Both the position numbers and the translations under genes were made by a program. This document shows positions 15,601-31,664 of a DNA stretch of 64,000 bases, piece after piece. The stretch lies in the NCBI GenBank assembly GCA_009103225.1, contig RHPI01003330.1, positions 70,472-134,471 of the forward strand, read 5' to 3'. A model generated the notes under the pieces. That model searched no databases. It saw only the letters and a list, made by a program, of their open reading frames with translations, and was not told where the DNA came from. This DNA comes from Chlorokybus atmophyticus. Its lineage: Eukaryota; Plantae; Mesostigma and Chlorokybus algae. The first letter of the stretch is position 1. Each line of letters begins with the position of its first letter.

Positions 15601-16208
15601 AACATTGGCGACGACGAGTGTATTTGGCACTGACCCATCAGTCTGCAGCAACAGAGTTGCGCAAGAATACATGTCAATTGCAGTCATGCATTACCCACAC
15701 GCAGAAGCCACCAGATACGCACACAATGAGTTGTTGGCATGTGCTGAGTGAGGTACAGTATAACACAGTATCACATTGCGAGACCAAAAGTACGGTTTCA
15801 AGAACACCTGCACACCAGAGACTTCAGATTTTCGAGCTAGACATAATGAGCATGCACAAGAACTCAGCAAACGCGTGTTTGTTTTGGCAGTCGCTTGTTG
15901 CGCGTTTGCTTCTTTTGGAAACAATTTTTCAGTCAGTTGCATGCTGCAAGAATTTCCGATCAGCTCACTTGTTCTGAGAGATAAGCCCGCTGAGTGGTTT
16001 TATACGTGTGCGTCGCTATCACAGGGCCCCAGCGGCATGACAGCGAGGGCCAGACCAGGTGGTGGTTGCTCAACCAGTCGTACAGCAGTGGGATTACTGC
16101 CCGCCACCTTCTATACCCCTCGTCTTCCTCCTCCTCCTGCTGCTCGTCGTTGACGTCGGCGTCCCGAGCCTCGGCGGCATTCCGCTCGTCTTCCGTGTTC
16201 TTACCCAT
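12665..16208 (-). CDS. MSI4: MSI4/FVE-type WD40 histone-binding protein with a long acidic C-terminal extension
   Basis: Exons encode LLYDWLSNHHLVWPSLSCRWGP, TDGSVPNTLVVANVEVVKPRVAA, HPGEVNRIRE, RPDLVLSGHEANAEFAL, GHTDTVEDIQF and LIFQHAGHKGPVQDFNWN. Last exon WRVNDFVYKTEEELL continues about 400 aa to TAG at 12665. Confidence 0.94.
13120..13768 (-). repeat. Coding tandem repeats in the MSI4 tail: three 99-nt units (13120-13417) and two ~168-nt units (about 13440-13768)
   Basis: ETDA...QEA(S/T)PQVDN...PESM units start at 13417, 13318 and 13219. QTV...QPVPS...VAERD.SQPVTQS units start at 13768 and 13600. Confidence 0.9.
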
Positions 16209-16754
16209 GCCGCTTCCGGAGACAGTCCTCAAGCAGCGCCTCGTCGCCGCCGCCCACTCGGCGCATGCGCTGAAGTCCCCTGGAAGACGACCCAAACAAC
16301 CCTAATGCTAGGTCGTGCACGAAACTGTCGTTGGGACAGGGTGCAGTACAATGCATGAGGGGTACAAAGAGTTGATTTGTAAGAAACACGACTTGTGTTG
16401 TGGACTGCAGTCAATGGCATAGCCCCAACATGTGAGTATAGTTTGCATCACGGGATGATGTAAAAATGCACGGAATAGTGAAATAGGTTGCCCCCCCCGG
16501 GGGTGGGGTGGGGGGGAGGCCTATTATCATGAACGCCTCGTCGTATGCCATATGTAAAGCTCTGTTTTTATGTCTTGCAGGGTTAATACCTACACAAGCC
16601 CAATTAGCTTTGCAACTTTGCCTGACGGCAGTTCTTATGGCATTTTGCATGTTATATCGTCTAGCTTCAAGCATGGCGTAAATGTCCATACCATGCATGC
16701 ATGTAGCATGCTATCTCTTACACACACATGCAATCACAAGCAGCAAAGCAAAGC

Positions 16755-16920
16755 TTAGTGGGCCAAGCGCTCTAGCACACTAGACCAATACAACGAATGT
16801 AGTAAGAATAGTGTAGTGTAAGCGTAGTAGATGAACCCGGTGGTGAAGCTTACAATGGTGTGAATAGTGTGCACTATGTCACTATTCATGCTAGTTGCCT
16901 TGCATGTCACTATGCATGTG
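16755..16920 (+). repeat. Dispersed intergenic repeat: degenerate family A motif followed by family B motif
   Basis: GTGGGCCAAGCGCTCTAGCACACTAGACC, then ATGAACCCGGTGGTGAAGCTTACAATGGTG...CTATGTCACT, which matches 56515-56610 and more weakly 12060-12120. Confidence 0.55.
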
Positions 16921-17721
16921 CCAATCCGATGCACATTGTTTGTACAACGATTGTTCGATTACTAAACACTAGACAGTGATGGGATTGGTAGGAGGGCAGG
17001 GCAGGGCAGGCAGAGCTGAGCAGGCAAGCAGGCAAATTTACACCACCTTCACAGCGACGGAAACTTTGCGTGACACAATTTGCACCCCGACAACGCTACA
17101 GCACTCACAGCAGCAGTAACAAGCTACAGTGGCAACTTCATGCGCAGGTGCATTCACAGCACGTAGTCATGCTGCCTCCATGCATTGGCAACAGGCTGCC
17201 AACCACGCATAACAGCTACAGTTGCACCCGCTTTGGCAGGTGGGGGGAGGGATTGAACACAAGATTTTGTGCACGTTCAATGTCACACTCAGTGGGAGGC
17301 CAATAACCTAGCCGGGACACATCTGGACCTAGACCAATCCAAGTGATGCCCATTGTTCTGCATGCCCGCCAGGAGCGCAAATAACACTGGCGGAAGTATG
17401 CGATTGAGTTGCTGTCAAAGCACCACAGACAAATTGGCCTTTGCGTTACTGCACAGCACATCAGTTGCTGCAGAGCACCATACACCGCACGCCCTGAACT
17501 AACACCTAACATGACCATGCTCTGTTCCAACAACATCACAGGTGCTGCATCTGCTGGCATGTACCAGCAGCTACCACCATCCATTTTTACAACATACAGA
17601 TGAGGAGTAAGCTTCCTAGTTTTGACCATCGGGTTTTTGCCCCAGGAGGAAGGGGGAAGGAAAAAGCTATGCTCTGCGGGTGGCATTGAGAATACACTGG
17701 ACACGAACAGCTGGACACATG

Positions 17722-19665
17722 CTAGCCGCTGCGGGCAGGGCTGGCACTGCGACTGCGAGGCACAGGGCTGGCGCTGCGGCTGCGCGGAGCAGGGCTGCGG
17801 CTGCGCGCAGCTGGGCTGCGGCTGCGTGCAGCAGGGCTGCGGCTGCGTGGAGCAGGGCTGCGGCTGCGCGCAGCAGGACTGCGACTGCGGCTGCGGTTCT
17901 GTGCAGGGGGGCTGCGGCTACCCGCCTTCCCGTTGGTTTCCTTGACTGGGCTACGACTGACTGAGCGGCTTTTGCTGCGACTGACACTGTGACAACCAAC
18001 AAAGTTAGCTCAAAGAAGTTGAGCTCTTGACACTGGCACGACCCTTGACTGGGGTAGCTGCCGGGATACGGCGTTGATCGCACCACAGAATTTGAAAAAC
18101 GCTACACATGGTCAACTGACCTGCGAGACCTGGAGCGGCTGTAGCTGCGAGAGCGGGAACGAGTGCGCTTGCGAGCAACAGGGGAACGAGACCGCGACCG
18201 AGAGCGAGAGCGGCTGATGTACACAGCCAGGTAATCAGTACCTCACACATTGCAATATTTCTGATAAGGTTGAAAACACAACAAGCCAACCCATTCAGGA
18301 AGAGGGGTCTACCTTGTGCTGCGGCCACGCCCGCCACGCTCTCCGCGGCCACCACCACCACCACCACTTTCACCTCCTCCGAGTGGGCAGTCGCGCTCAA
18401 TGTGGCCACGCTCCGCACATTTGTAACAACGGTTGCCCCAATCCCCTGCCTTGCAATCTCGAGCCCAATGACCATCCTTGCCGCAGTTGTAGCAGCGACC
18501 TGTGCCTGGTGGTGGGCCACGCCCAAGATATTCCCTGACACCACCTGGACCACGAGGGCCCTAGAGCACAGACTTGTGGTCAGCCGCAATAATACTCCAA
18601 TTATGCAGCCACCCGGCAAATGCGATAAGCTAGTATGCACAGACGTCACCAATAGGCGGCATTGTCCGTGCAACTTACAGGGCTGCGGGCAAACTCGACA
18701 GAGATGCGGGAACCATCCACCTCCTTTTCATGGAGGTAATAAACAGCGTCGTCAGCGTCGCGAGGATCATTATACTCCTGCACACCAATCGCCATTGCCA
18801 CAACAATCACAGTGGCTGCGAAGCTCCCACAGTGATACCTCTCCCTCCTCCCAACCACCCCTCAGCTCCGTCTCTCCCAACTCAACTCAAGAGAACTACA
18901 GCATGGCAGCACATCAGGACACCGCATAGATGTGAGCAAGCAGATGGCTATATTACTTACCACAAAGGCAAAGTCGTGCTTCAGGTCCACATCGCGCAGC
19001 CTTCACACCATGCGGGAAGCAAAATCATCAGCAACACGCCTAGCTTTGAAATTTGCGATGGCACGCCACAGGTAGGTGCCACCATGACATGCACTCTTAA
19101 CGTGTATGAGCAAGCTTCGCGCGGCTATGACTGAGCGAGTGGGGCCGGCGCTCGGGAACACGATTTGCGCATCCACCAAGAAAGCAATCCAACGTGTGCC
19201 ACCAGGACCACCAGTAGCACCATGAGAGGCACCAGGACCACCATGCAAGCGTGCCACCATCGCAAACCCAAAGCACGCCAAGCCACCCACCCCTTAGCGG
19301 CGCGCTGAGCCCAGCAAGAAGGAAGCAAGGTTTTGCAAGTTGCGCTACATTGCAGTGAACAAACAAGCATTTATTGACCTGTTAACATAAGCTGGTCTTG
19401 CAAACACTGAAACCAAATGGGCGACCCTTACAGACACAAGCGAGTGTGCGCTGTGTCTGTAACGACTCATAAAAGAACAATGACAACACAACCCAGCTCA
19501 ATTGTCTCACACGCATGCACCGTACCGGCCATATCTGGAGAAGATATCCTCAAGGTCCCGTGTGCGGGTGCGGCTGGCCAGGCGGCCAACGTACAGGCGG
19601 GTGGGCCCGCGGTCGTGACCGCGGTCGTGGCGGTCGTGACGGTCGTGACGGTCGTACCGAGACAT
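17722..19665 (-). CDS. RS2Z33: RS2Z-subfamily SR splicing factor (RRM, two CCHC zinc knuckles, RS/SP tail)
   Basis: [25 protein letters not shown]|[13 protein letters not shown]|[11 protein letters not shown]...[10 protein letters not shown]|...[38 protein letters not shown], then an RS-rich tail ending TAG at 17722-17724. A 5'-UTR intron lies at about 19667-19895. Confidence 0.93.
17725..17905 (-). repeat. 21-nt coding repeat encoding (RSRSPAA/P)n in the RS2Z tail
   Basis: Repeated GCAGGGCTGCGGCTGCG(C/T)G units on the + strand. Confidence 0.85.
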
Positions 19666-20234
19666 ACTGTCACCTGCCCTGCATACAAGAAGCTTGTTAC
19701 GTGCACCACCTTAAAGACGGCCAACAAGCCGGCGAGCCACAAGCACCGCCTGCTGTATGCGCTTGCCCCAGGCGAACAGCACGAGAAAACCCTAGGCCCC
19801 AACACACACAACATGCTACAGCAAACGGGCGGCAAGGAGAAAAGCGGCGATTACCACTTGGGACAACCACAGTTAGATACGAAGGCCAAGAATACCTGTC
19901 GACGGGTACGACGGCGGCGGCGGCGGCGGCGGCGGCAACGTGAAGATCGCCAACGCTTAACGCCACACTCAACTGATCTAACCCTAATCTTGCGCCCGAG
20001 GAAATCTGTCAGCGAGGAAGCAGCGTTGACGCATGAGTTGTTGCAGCCGTTGGCGGCACCGTCGGGGCTCCTGCTGACCCTTGATCGGGTTCCGGTAGCA
20101 ACCTCATCTTGCAACGGGGTTGCCGGAGCGGAAGTCTGGCGTACTGGCGGAGGCTTGGCCTGGTATGGTCTAGTAGCATCACTGGAGGGCGGTTGTGTGG
20201 CCTGGTTTGGCGTAGCCTGGTCTGACGCGGCCTG

Positions 20235-21338
20235 ATGGGCAAGGACAGCACTGCCAACAAGGGCAAGGGTAAGGCGTCGAGTAGTGGCGGCGGCGGGGGC
20301 GCCAAGGCGGGGAAGGGCGGCGGCGACGATCTGAAAACTTGCTCTTATGTCAAAGGTCAGTTGAATTGGTGACATATTCTTGCTGGTATCAAACTTTAAT
20401 AAAGAATATGGTCTCCTCGGTGACGCGCAAGTTCAGTAGTGCGTGCATCAATACCTAAGGTGGTTCAGTGACATGCAAGCAATCAATGCTTGCATGACAT
20501 CAGTGTCCTGGATGCTGTACCCAGTGAGCTATCGTTGCGCATGCCTTGTTTATGAAAATCCGGTTGCAATTCTGCAATGCTTCGACATGCATAGCGTGTA
20601 GTCAGGTTGGGTGAGCAGCACATAGTGCATGTTGTATGTATAGATATGGTGTGACTTGGGGCCATGCGTGCTTGCTACGCATGCTCTGGTGTTGACCCCG
20701 TTTGTGTCCAGCACGGCACATACTGAGTGAGAAGCAAGGAAAGATTAACGAGGTGTACACTAAGCTTCAGGAGGGCTGGTTGAATAACGGCGACAAGGTG
20801 CCTCCAGCGGAATTCGGAAAGGTGGGTGCAAGCCATGTTGTGTAATGGCGGCATGTTTGCTTGATTGGTTTGACTGTCTTCTCACGCGACAATACAAATT
20901 GTTTCACCATCACTGTCCTTGTTCCTTTTGCTATGATGCAAGCTTATCGAGTATTGCTGCAGTGAACTTAGCTCAACTCACCATGATGAGCATTGTGTTT
21001 GTGCAGCTGGCCATGGAGTACAGTGAGTGCAGCAGTGGCAAGAAGGGCGGTGATCTCGGCTGGTTTCCTCGTGGCAAGATGGCTGGGCCATTCCAGGTAG
21101 ATTGTAAGGTTGTGTAAGTTTTCTATGCTCATCCTCGTTATCATTACCGTGTCACTTACTACAGGAAGTCGCGTTTAACCTGCCCATTGGCCAGTGCAGT
21201 CCACCTTTTAAGTCCACGTACGTTTTTGCGATAGAGTCAAGGTTCGTGCTTTCAACGAGTGTGCTATGGGTTTTAAGCGTCTCTAACACTCGCAGGCATG
21301 GTTACCACATTATCCTATGTGAAGGAAGGAGAAATTGA
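20235..21338 (+). CDS. PIN4: Parvulin-type peptidyl-prolyl isomerase, PIN4/Par14 (plant PIN2At-like), 5 exons
   Basis: MGKDSTANKGKGK...CSYVK|ARHILSEKQGKINE...KVPPAEFGK|LAMEYSECSSGKKGGDLGWFPRGKMAGPFQ|EVAFN...PFKST|HGYHIILCEGRRN*. Confidence 0.95.
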
Positions 21339-21654
21339 GCCATTCTGTGCTGTTTATTAGACTCGAGTTGCAGGATTAGATTTTGTCTGGGTGATGCCGT
21401 TTGACACTGGCATGCTGTGCCCCAATGCACGTGACAACAACGGGGTTGGCTTAAGCGCTTGTGCCTTTGCGAATCCGTACAATTATCACCTCTCTTCTTT
21501 GTTGCCATATCATGAGGTATAGCAATGGTTGTGCTCACTTAGATGACACCAACAGATGGTAGCACAGACAACAGCACATGCTGTGTAATATTGGTGTGTC
21601 ATTGCATGTGCTGGTTGCTGATTGTGGAGCATGACATTGCATAGCAAGCATCAG

Positions 21655-21850
21655 AGTTGCAAAAGCAAACTCAATCGTAGGGGCCAGATGCAATGCAAGC
21701 TAGCAAGCACAGCACAGCAGAATGTATTACGTGGGGGCCAAGACAGAGCTCTACTACACCGTACACAACGCTACACCCTCGACCGACCCTCAGGCATCAA
21801 CGGAGCAAGTAGGCATCAACGTTTGCAAGTCAACGTGCAGAGCGCATGAG
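21655..21850 (+). repeat. Dispersed intergenic repeat, family A copy 2
   Basis: GAGTTGCAAAAGCAAACTC...ATGTATTACGTGGGGGCCAAGACAGAG...GACCCTCAGGC. Confidence 0.65.
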
Positions 21851-22329
21851 CAGAAGGTAGAGGTCAGGCCTTGGTCGCAGAGTCCAGCATGCATGTGACA
21901 ACGATGGCGATGACGACATCTGCTTAGCCCCCGCCGCCAGAGCTCTCTGCTACCGCTCAAGTATCACCCACCGGTCTTACCAGCCCTGCGTGCTTAAGAT
22001 GCGTGATTAGGTTAGCAGGCTTTTTATGTTACCGTTATTGATGCCTACGAATAGTTCGAAATGCAGCATAATGCCTTTGCAATCAGAGCTAAGTGCTGAG
22101 TGCAACACACGGAGCTAAGTGTGAGCTACTAGCATACAGCAGGCAGCAACATGCACAAGTAACTCACACACCAGGCACCCAAACATGTCAGCACCAACTT
22201 AATATGCTAGTAGCCAACACACATACAGCCCCCGACATTCATGCGGGCAGTGAAACTGCTCCCCCTACTCACTTACCTGCGACTCACCTGCCACTTACCT
22301 GTATGGCGGTGTAGTTGCTGCCTCTATCG

Positions 22330-24100
22330 CTGCCAACCTATTGCAGACCAGGTTGAAGAGATGCTTGTGCGTGCTGTCATATACCAAGCCCCCTTGTCCA
22401 TACATCCACCTGCACAGCTTACCCACGACATCATGCTTGGCATATCCTCCCATTGCATCTGCAGTAGCAGCTCTGCCAACTTGCGCAGAAAGTGAGAGCG
22501 ATATGTACTTAACTTTAAGAATCGTATGCGCTGTGACACAATCACCCCCCAATTTAACCTGTTTTTATATGTTGTCCCCCGGATGCGGTGCACGATGTCT
22601 GGGTATGGTCTGAAAGTGCTGCTCGTCTAATTTGCAATAGATGCGAGAGCATATCCCAATATCATGTGTCTGGAACAAGATCATGTCTGGGAAGTTGATG
22701 CATGTACCCACAGTTGACTGCGTCAGAGTTAATGTCTCCTGCGGGTAAATCCCTTCGCTCAGCACATGTTCACCCTCATACGATATAGCCTCAAAGTCTT
22801 ACCACCCGCAAGTCGTCAACATACCTCACAACGGAGGTGCACCATGTTTTTAGGTGCTCGTGCTGGCCTTGAGCCTTAAGTTTGCGGGCAAATTTAAGTT
22901 CCTTGGGACCTAGATATTAATTAACCAAATAAACCTCCGCGTTGTTCCCCATTGAGATGCTTATTGACTGTTTGTGCAGCTTGTCCCCTGCAGTGTTCAC
23001 ATACAGGTTAGGCAGCAAATAAGTTAGCAGAGTTGTGAGCACCGGTGGCGTATAGAACTTGGTTGTTTTGGTATCTCTCCGATGTGCCGTGCATCGCAAC
23101 CACTAATGTTGTAATCCACCGTTGACAAATTCAGATGTCAGTTTTAGCACATATGCGCCTCTATGCAATGTGGCAGCAAGGGCAAACAAATCTGTCAACA
23201 GGGCATCCATGCAGTGCAAGAGGTCTGCATGATGTTGGTGTATAAGTTTGTAAAGTCATTGAACATCAACTGCCACGATCTTAACTGTGGTGCAGCGCGC
23301 GATGTTGAAGTGCTGGAGGAGGCATTGCATTCCTAGAGAGTCCCGCAGCACCCAATTGCTTGTTACTCCCGCCACTTCCACGGTATGTTCCCACAGCTGA
23401 TCGAACACAGGGAAAGGAGTTTTGTACGCACGTGTTGGCCAAATGCTGACAATGACAAGGGACGTATTGCAAGCAACTGCGATGAACCGGGGCTTTGGGG
23501 GGTTTGTGTGTAGCTTTAGCGTTATGTAGAGGTGGGGTAGCTTAAGTGCTGCTGCCGCTGGAGTAGCGTACCTCTGTGCATAACATAATTGTTTATGCCT
23601 TTGCAGCACCTGTACTCTGTTTTCACCCACCAACTCATAAGTCAATGTCACCAACCTAGAGTATAGCAAAGGTATGTAGTACGACTGGCAAAAAATCGCG
23701 CAAACCCCACTGCACTTATAAACCTCTGTAAAGACAACATCATCATGCATTTCGTGAATCTGTCGACGATCATTCAATGTATGTTGGTGCTGATTCTGAA
23801 GCCAGGGTCTGAACGTTCAGGACAGCCGCTGCAGTTGTTACAGCTTGAGTCACAGAGTGAGCCCACCCATCCAGCAAGCCATCCACCTGCATATGCTCTG
23901 TCAGATGATCAACATAGTCACATACGCCTTTAAGAATAGCCGCGACACAAGCATCGACACAAGCCAAAGCCGGTGGACGATACTTGGTTCATGTAGCCAG
24001 CAAAGGGCTCAAGGTTGCAACCAAGCAAAGTTACATTTTAGAATATGACCCAAAAATGCATGCAAATATTGCCACAAGTGTGCATCCTGACACACACATA
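22330..24100 (-). mobile_element. Degenerate Penelope-like retroelement reverse transcriptase (Naiad/Chlamys-like motifs)
   Basis: Ordered motifs across frameshifts: KYRP, LPHLYITLKLHTNPPKPRFIA, DFTNLYTNI, ISMGNNAEVYLVN, RYVDD (about 22811-22826), GIYPQETL, and WGVIVSQRIRFLK. Confidence 0.75.
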
Positions 24101-24403
24101 TATACAGCACTAACAATAGCATGCTGTTCATGTGCCTTGGTGTGCAATGCAATGTGTGAACGCTTGCACACACCCTGACTGATGGTCTCTACACATCCAA
24201 TACATGACATGAGGCTTTCAATTGTGTGGTAGTGCTGGTGGCAATTGCAGCTTCATGTCGTTGGCCGACAGAATGACAGGCAAGTTTAGCATATCCGCCA
24301 CAGCACTCGACAAGTCACAACACTAGTTGCTTGTTGAGTCCTGCTCTTGCCTTGCTGTACATGGTTTGAACTGCCAGTGTGAGGACGCCATGCGGAGACC
24401 TAT

Positions 24404-24741
24404 TGAAGGAGAGGGGGTGCTCCCTCCTCCCTTTAATCCCCTACCCCAACACCACCACCAGCCACGACGCCCATGCCGCCGCCGCCAGGGGCAACTGCCG
24501 AAGCAGAAGATCCCCTGGCTATGGCGGTCGCTGCGTTAGCAGCGCCGCCATGCGGCTGATATCGACATGAGACTCATGTCTCATGTCGATATCAGTGTTA
24601 CAGATAAGTAACACTACATCAGTACCTTAATATAAGTTAACGGCCCTAATATGGCTTATAGGCTGTATAATCCCGTTGGGACCCTTATTTTAAATCCTAA
24701 ATAAGGGCGGGGAACCTCTATGGAGGTAGCACACCGTTACA
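24404..24741 (-). repeat. G1 3' LTR
   Basis: Homologous to 30967-31303; begins TGTAACGG on the - strand; PPT adjacent at 24742-24751. Confidence 0.93.
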
Positions 24742-24867
24742 TTCCCCCCCACTTAAGGTTTCAATGTCCTCATTGAAGGGTTAGCAAAGCCCCACCACGA
24801 GTAAAGAAACGAAAGTAGTAAGAGAATAAGGGCCGAAGCGGTAAAGATGTCTGCCAGCACCCTTTTA

Positions 24868-28609
<3,742 letters not shown>

Positions 28610-28618
28610 GGCGTAATC

Positions 28619-30181
28619 CTATTCACACTTCTTGGCCTTGCCCTTCCCCTTGGTTGGGCAGTTCTTTGCGATGTGGCCAGGCTGATGACAGACGTAACAG
28701 GTGCGAGCAGCAGCAGGCATGGCACCACCAGCAGGTGCGTCACTGGTAGAAGCACCAAATGTCGTCGCCTTCTTTGCCAGGTGTGCACTCGAATGAGAGA
28801 AACGCTTTCCTCCCACCCCCGGCGGCTTGGCCGAAACTGCCACATGTGACTTGTCCTGCACCGTCGCGTCATTATTATACAGGTACACGCTCAGCTTCTG
28901 CAGCTTGGCCAAGTCCTCTGGAACCCAAGGAAGTCCCGTTGCCGTGTTGTACTGCAGCTGATCACGCACACGCGCATCCAAGCCGCGCTTGTACAACTTA
29001 ATCCACTCGGCCCTGTCCATGGGCATGAGGCCGCTGTTTGCACGACCCACCAATGCCTGAAACCCTTCCTGCACATAGGTTGAGGCCGCCCGACCATTCT
29101 GGCGCAACTTGCTGAGTTTGTTGCGAGCCTGAGTAGCCGGGTCCATGCCACCATAGCGTTCCATCATGAACTGGAAAAGTGCCTCCACTGTCTTGGCAGC
29201 ACCATTTTCTGTCTGCCTCGCCCATTCGGCGAGAGCATTAAATGGCATGAGCAACTCAGCAACAGCAATGTGCTCATTAACAGGGCGCTTGAGTGCCGTC
29301 AAGTAGTGCTCGACAGTGTCCACCCAGTCGTGAATGCTGACGCTGCCGTTAGGCTTGAACTTCTCAGGCTTGTTCAGAGCTGTCACCGGTAGACCTGCTG
29401 ATGCCCCAGCTGCCGAAATAGCACCTGCCACCTGTTGGCGCAGCGCCACCAACTCAGCCTGCATGGCATCGAGGCGTGCCGTCAATTGCACTTGGCCAGT
29501 CAACTTGTCTTCCAAGCTGGGTCCCAAGTACCAGAACACATCATTGCAACGCTGTGAGGTTTCCACTCCCAAGTTGGCCAAAGCCTCAAACGCCATTCGC
29601 TTGCCTTGATAAGGGAGAGGCTTATCATATACGGCCATGATAGCTGCCACCTTTGGATCACCTCGCACGAGTGGCGGGATGTTGTTCACCAGCTCATGTT
29701 CGAGCATGCGGATTACCATCTCCTTGCTTGCACGAGGGAATGTGGCAAAGTCTGTCTCATAGCCAGCACGAACCGTCTGCACCCATGCATCCCACGTTTC
29801 TTGACGAAGCTGAGGGTGGGCAGCAAGTAGAGCTTTACGCTCTGAGGCATACTTCTCAATGGCCCCGTCAATGACACTTTGTGTGTCCACTGCAGCTGGT
29901 CCACTTTGAGCAGACTGGTTGGGAGAAGCTTCGATGTCTTGCTTACCTCCTTCCTTCTCACTGTCAATAAGCTTATGGCTTTCACTCGTGTCAGAGTAGT
30001 TCACTTCCTCTTCACTCGATGGCTCATATGATGTGGACTTCTCCACATCATCCCCTCCTTGGTCAGACATCTGCCCAAGAATACAAGCCGTCAACAGTAG
30101 AAGTGTGCAAGTGCACAAAACAACCAAGTTGTGCACTGCAAAAGTGTCAAAATCTATAGATTTTGTCTCGTCAAGTTTCAA
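28619..30181 (-). CDS. gag: G1 Gag with C-terminal CCHC zinc knuckle (likely start MSDQGG near 30070)
   Basis: Intact 520-aa ORF with KPEKF...WVDTVEHYL, KLRQ and CYVCHQPGHIAKNCP. Confidence 0.88.
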   Translation of the reverse strand: MKLDETKSIDFDTFAVHNLVVLCTCTLLLLTACILGQMSDQGGDDVEKSTSYEPSSEEEVNYSDTSESHKLIDSEKEGGKQDIEASPNQSAQSGPAAVDTQSVIDGAIEKYASERKALLAAHPQLRQETWDAWVQTVRAGYETDFATFPRASKEMVIRMLEHELVNNIPPLVRGDPKVAAIMAVYDKPLPYQGKRMAFEALANLGVETSQRCNDVFWYLGPSLEDKLTGQVQLTARLDAMQAELVALRQQVAGAISAAGASAGLPVTALNKPEKFKPNGSVSIHDWVDTVEHYLTALKRPVNEHIAVAELLMPFNALAEWARQTENGAAKTVEALFQFMMERYGGMDPATQARNKLSKLRQNGRAASTYVQEGFQALVGRANSGLMPMDRAEWIKLYKRGLDARVRDQLQYNTATGLPWVPEDLAKLQKLSVYLYNNDATVQDKSHVAVSAKPPGVGGKRFSHSSAHLAKKATTFGASTSDAPAGGAMPAAARTCYVCHQPGHIAKNCPTKGKGKAKKCE

Positions 30182-30953
30182 GTGCTTAACGTGGAGTATT
30201 CAGCTCAAACAAGAGCTCTCCACACACCTTTCAATTAGACACTTACGTTGAAACAAACCGCACGCGAATCCACGCGGCGGTTCACAAGTTACAACTTGTC
30301 AAAGTTTTCACTTTGTACAACTCAGCTCAACCACAATTGTAATGACACACAGGGTGCCAAAATCTCGTTTGAATCAACCCTACAGGCGGATATCAGCGAG
30401 TTGTGAGTTGTGAGTTTGATATCGGCCGCACAAAGTGACTCTGGCGGCCTCAACGCACTGACTGGCGGTAACAGCAGCCGCTGTTGCCACCGGACTGCCT
30501 CACAAGGGTTGGTTTTGTGAATACAATTTCACACCCTTCACACCACCACGAATCCACGTGGTGGCAAGCACAAGCACAGTAATGTTATCACATTATATCA
30601 CATTATAACTGTGCGGGGCATGTGATGTGCTGGGCATGCAATGCGTGGGGGGCTGCCTGAGTGGCCGCCTCCCCTTCACGCAAGCTAACAAGCCTGGCTA
30701 GGCAAGGCAGGGCAAGGCAAGCAAACTAGGCTAAGCTAGGCTAAGCACCAGCAGCAACCATAACTACTATAACAACAACAACAACAACAACAACAACTAG
30801 CTAACAACCACCAATACCCACCCTAGTGGGTAGCGGCTGCTAGTTGCCGCCGCCGCTACAGTCGCTGCCGCCTGCCGCCACTGGTCAGTGCTGCCGCCTG
30901 CCGCCGCAGTCGCTGCCGCCTGCCGCCCCTCCCACAAGCCCCTCGCCGCCCGC

Positions 30954-30965
30954 GCTCCGATACCA
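30954..30965 (-). other. G1 primer-binding site (iMet-tRNA type)
   Basis: TGGTATCGGAGC directly inside the 5' LTR; similar to the plant iMet PBS TGGTATCAGAGC. Confidence 0.85.
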
Positions 30966-30966
30966 A

Positions 30967-31303
30967 TGTAAGGAGAGGGGGTGCTACCTCCTCCCTTAAA
31001 TCCCCTACCCCAACACCACCACTGGCCACGACGCCCACGCCGCCGCCACCAGGGGCAATTGCCGAAGCAGAAGAACCCCTGGCTATGGCGGTCGCTGCGT
31101 TAGCAGCGCCGCCATGCGGTTGATATCGACATGAGACATGAGTCTCATGTCGATATCAGTGCTACAAATAAGTAACATACATTAGGGCATTAACATAAGT
31201 TAACGGCCTTAATATGGCTTAATAGGCTGTATCATCCCGTTGGGACCCTTATTTAATCCTAAATAAGGGCGGGGAACCTCTATGAAGGTAGCACACCGTT
31301 ACA
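30967..31303 (-). repeat. G1 5' LTR
   Basis: TG...CA termini, homologous to 24404-24741, followed by the PBS. Confidence 0.93.
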
Positions 31304-31664
31304 CCTATGGCGTGAGGCCGTCATCTGCAGCAGCACTTGGGTCTTTTCGTTTAATAGATTGATCATTTGATACAAATTGCGGCACCTGTAACATTGCAGT
31401 CGCTGCATGGTGAAGGTGCCACGATGCATGCAGCATTGAAGATGAATCGACTGGCGTTTGTGTACTCTCTATGCAAATGTCCGCCACCCATTGGGCATCA
31501 TGTCAAAATATTTCCCCTGTCGGCCGACTAGATATTGGCAACGGCCGTGCACATGAAGATACTAATAAATTAATATCTTGACTGTCGTGGCTCAGTCCAC
31601 CTATAATCTCGATACAAGGACCTAAAGATAACTTCGTTACTATCAGGCCCTTTCCGTTACAATT

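Noticed and set aside
22035-22075. Hammerhead-like TTGATG...CGAAA near the PLE end
   Set aside because: Lacks the CUGANGA core and convincing stems I and III.
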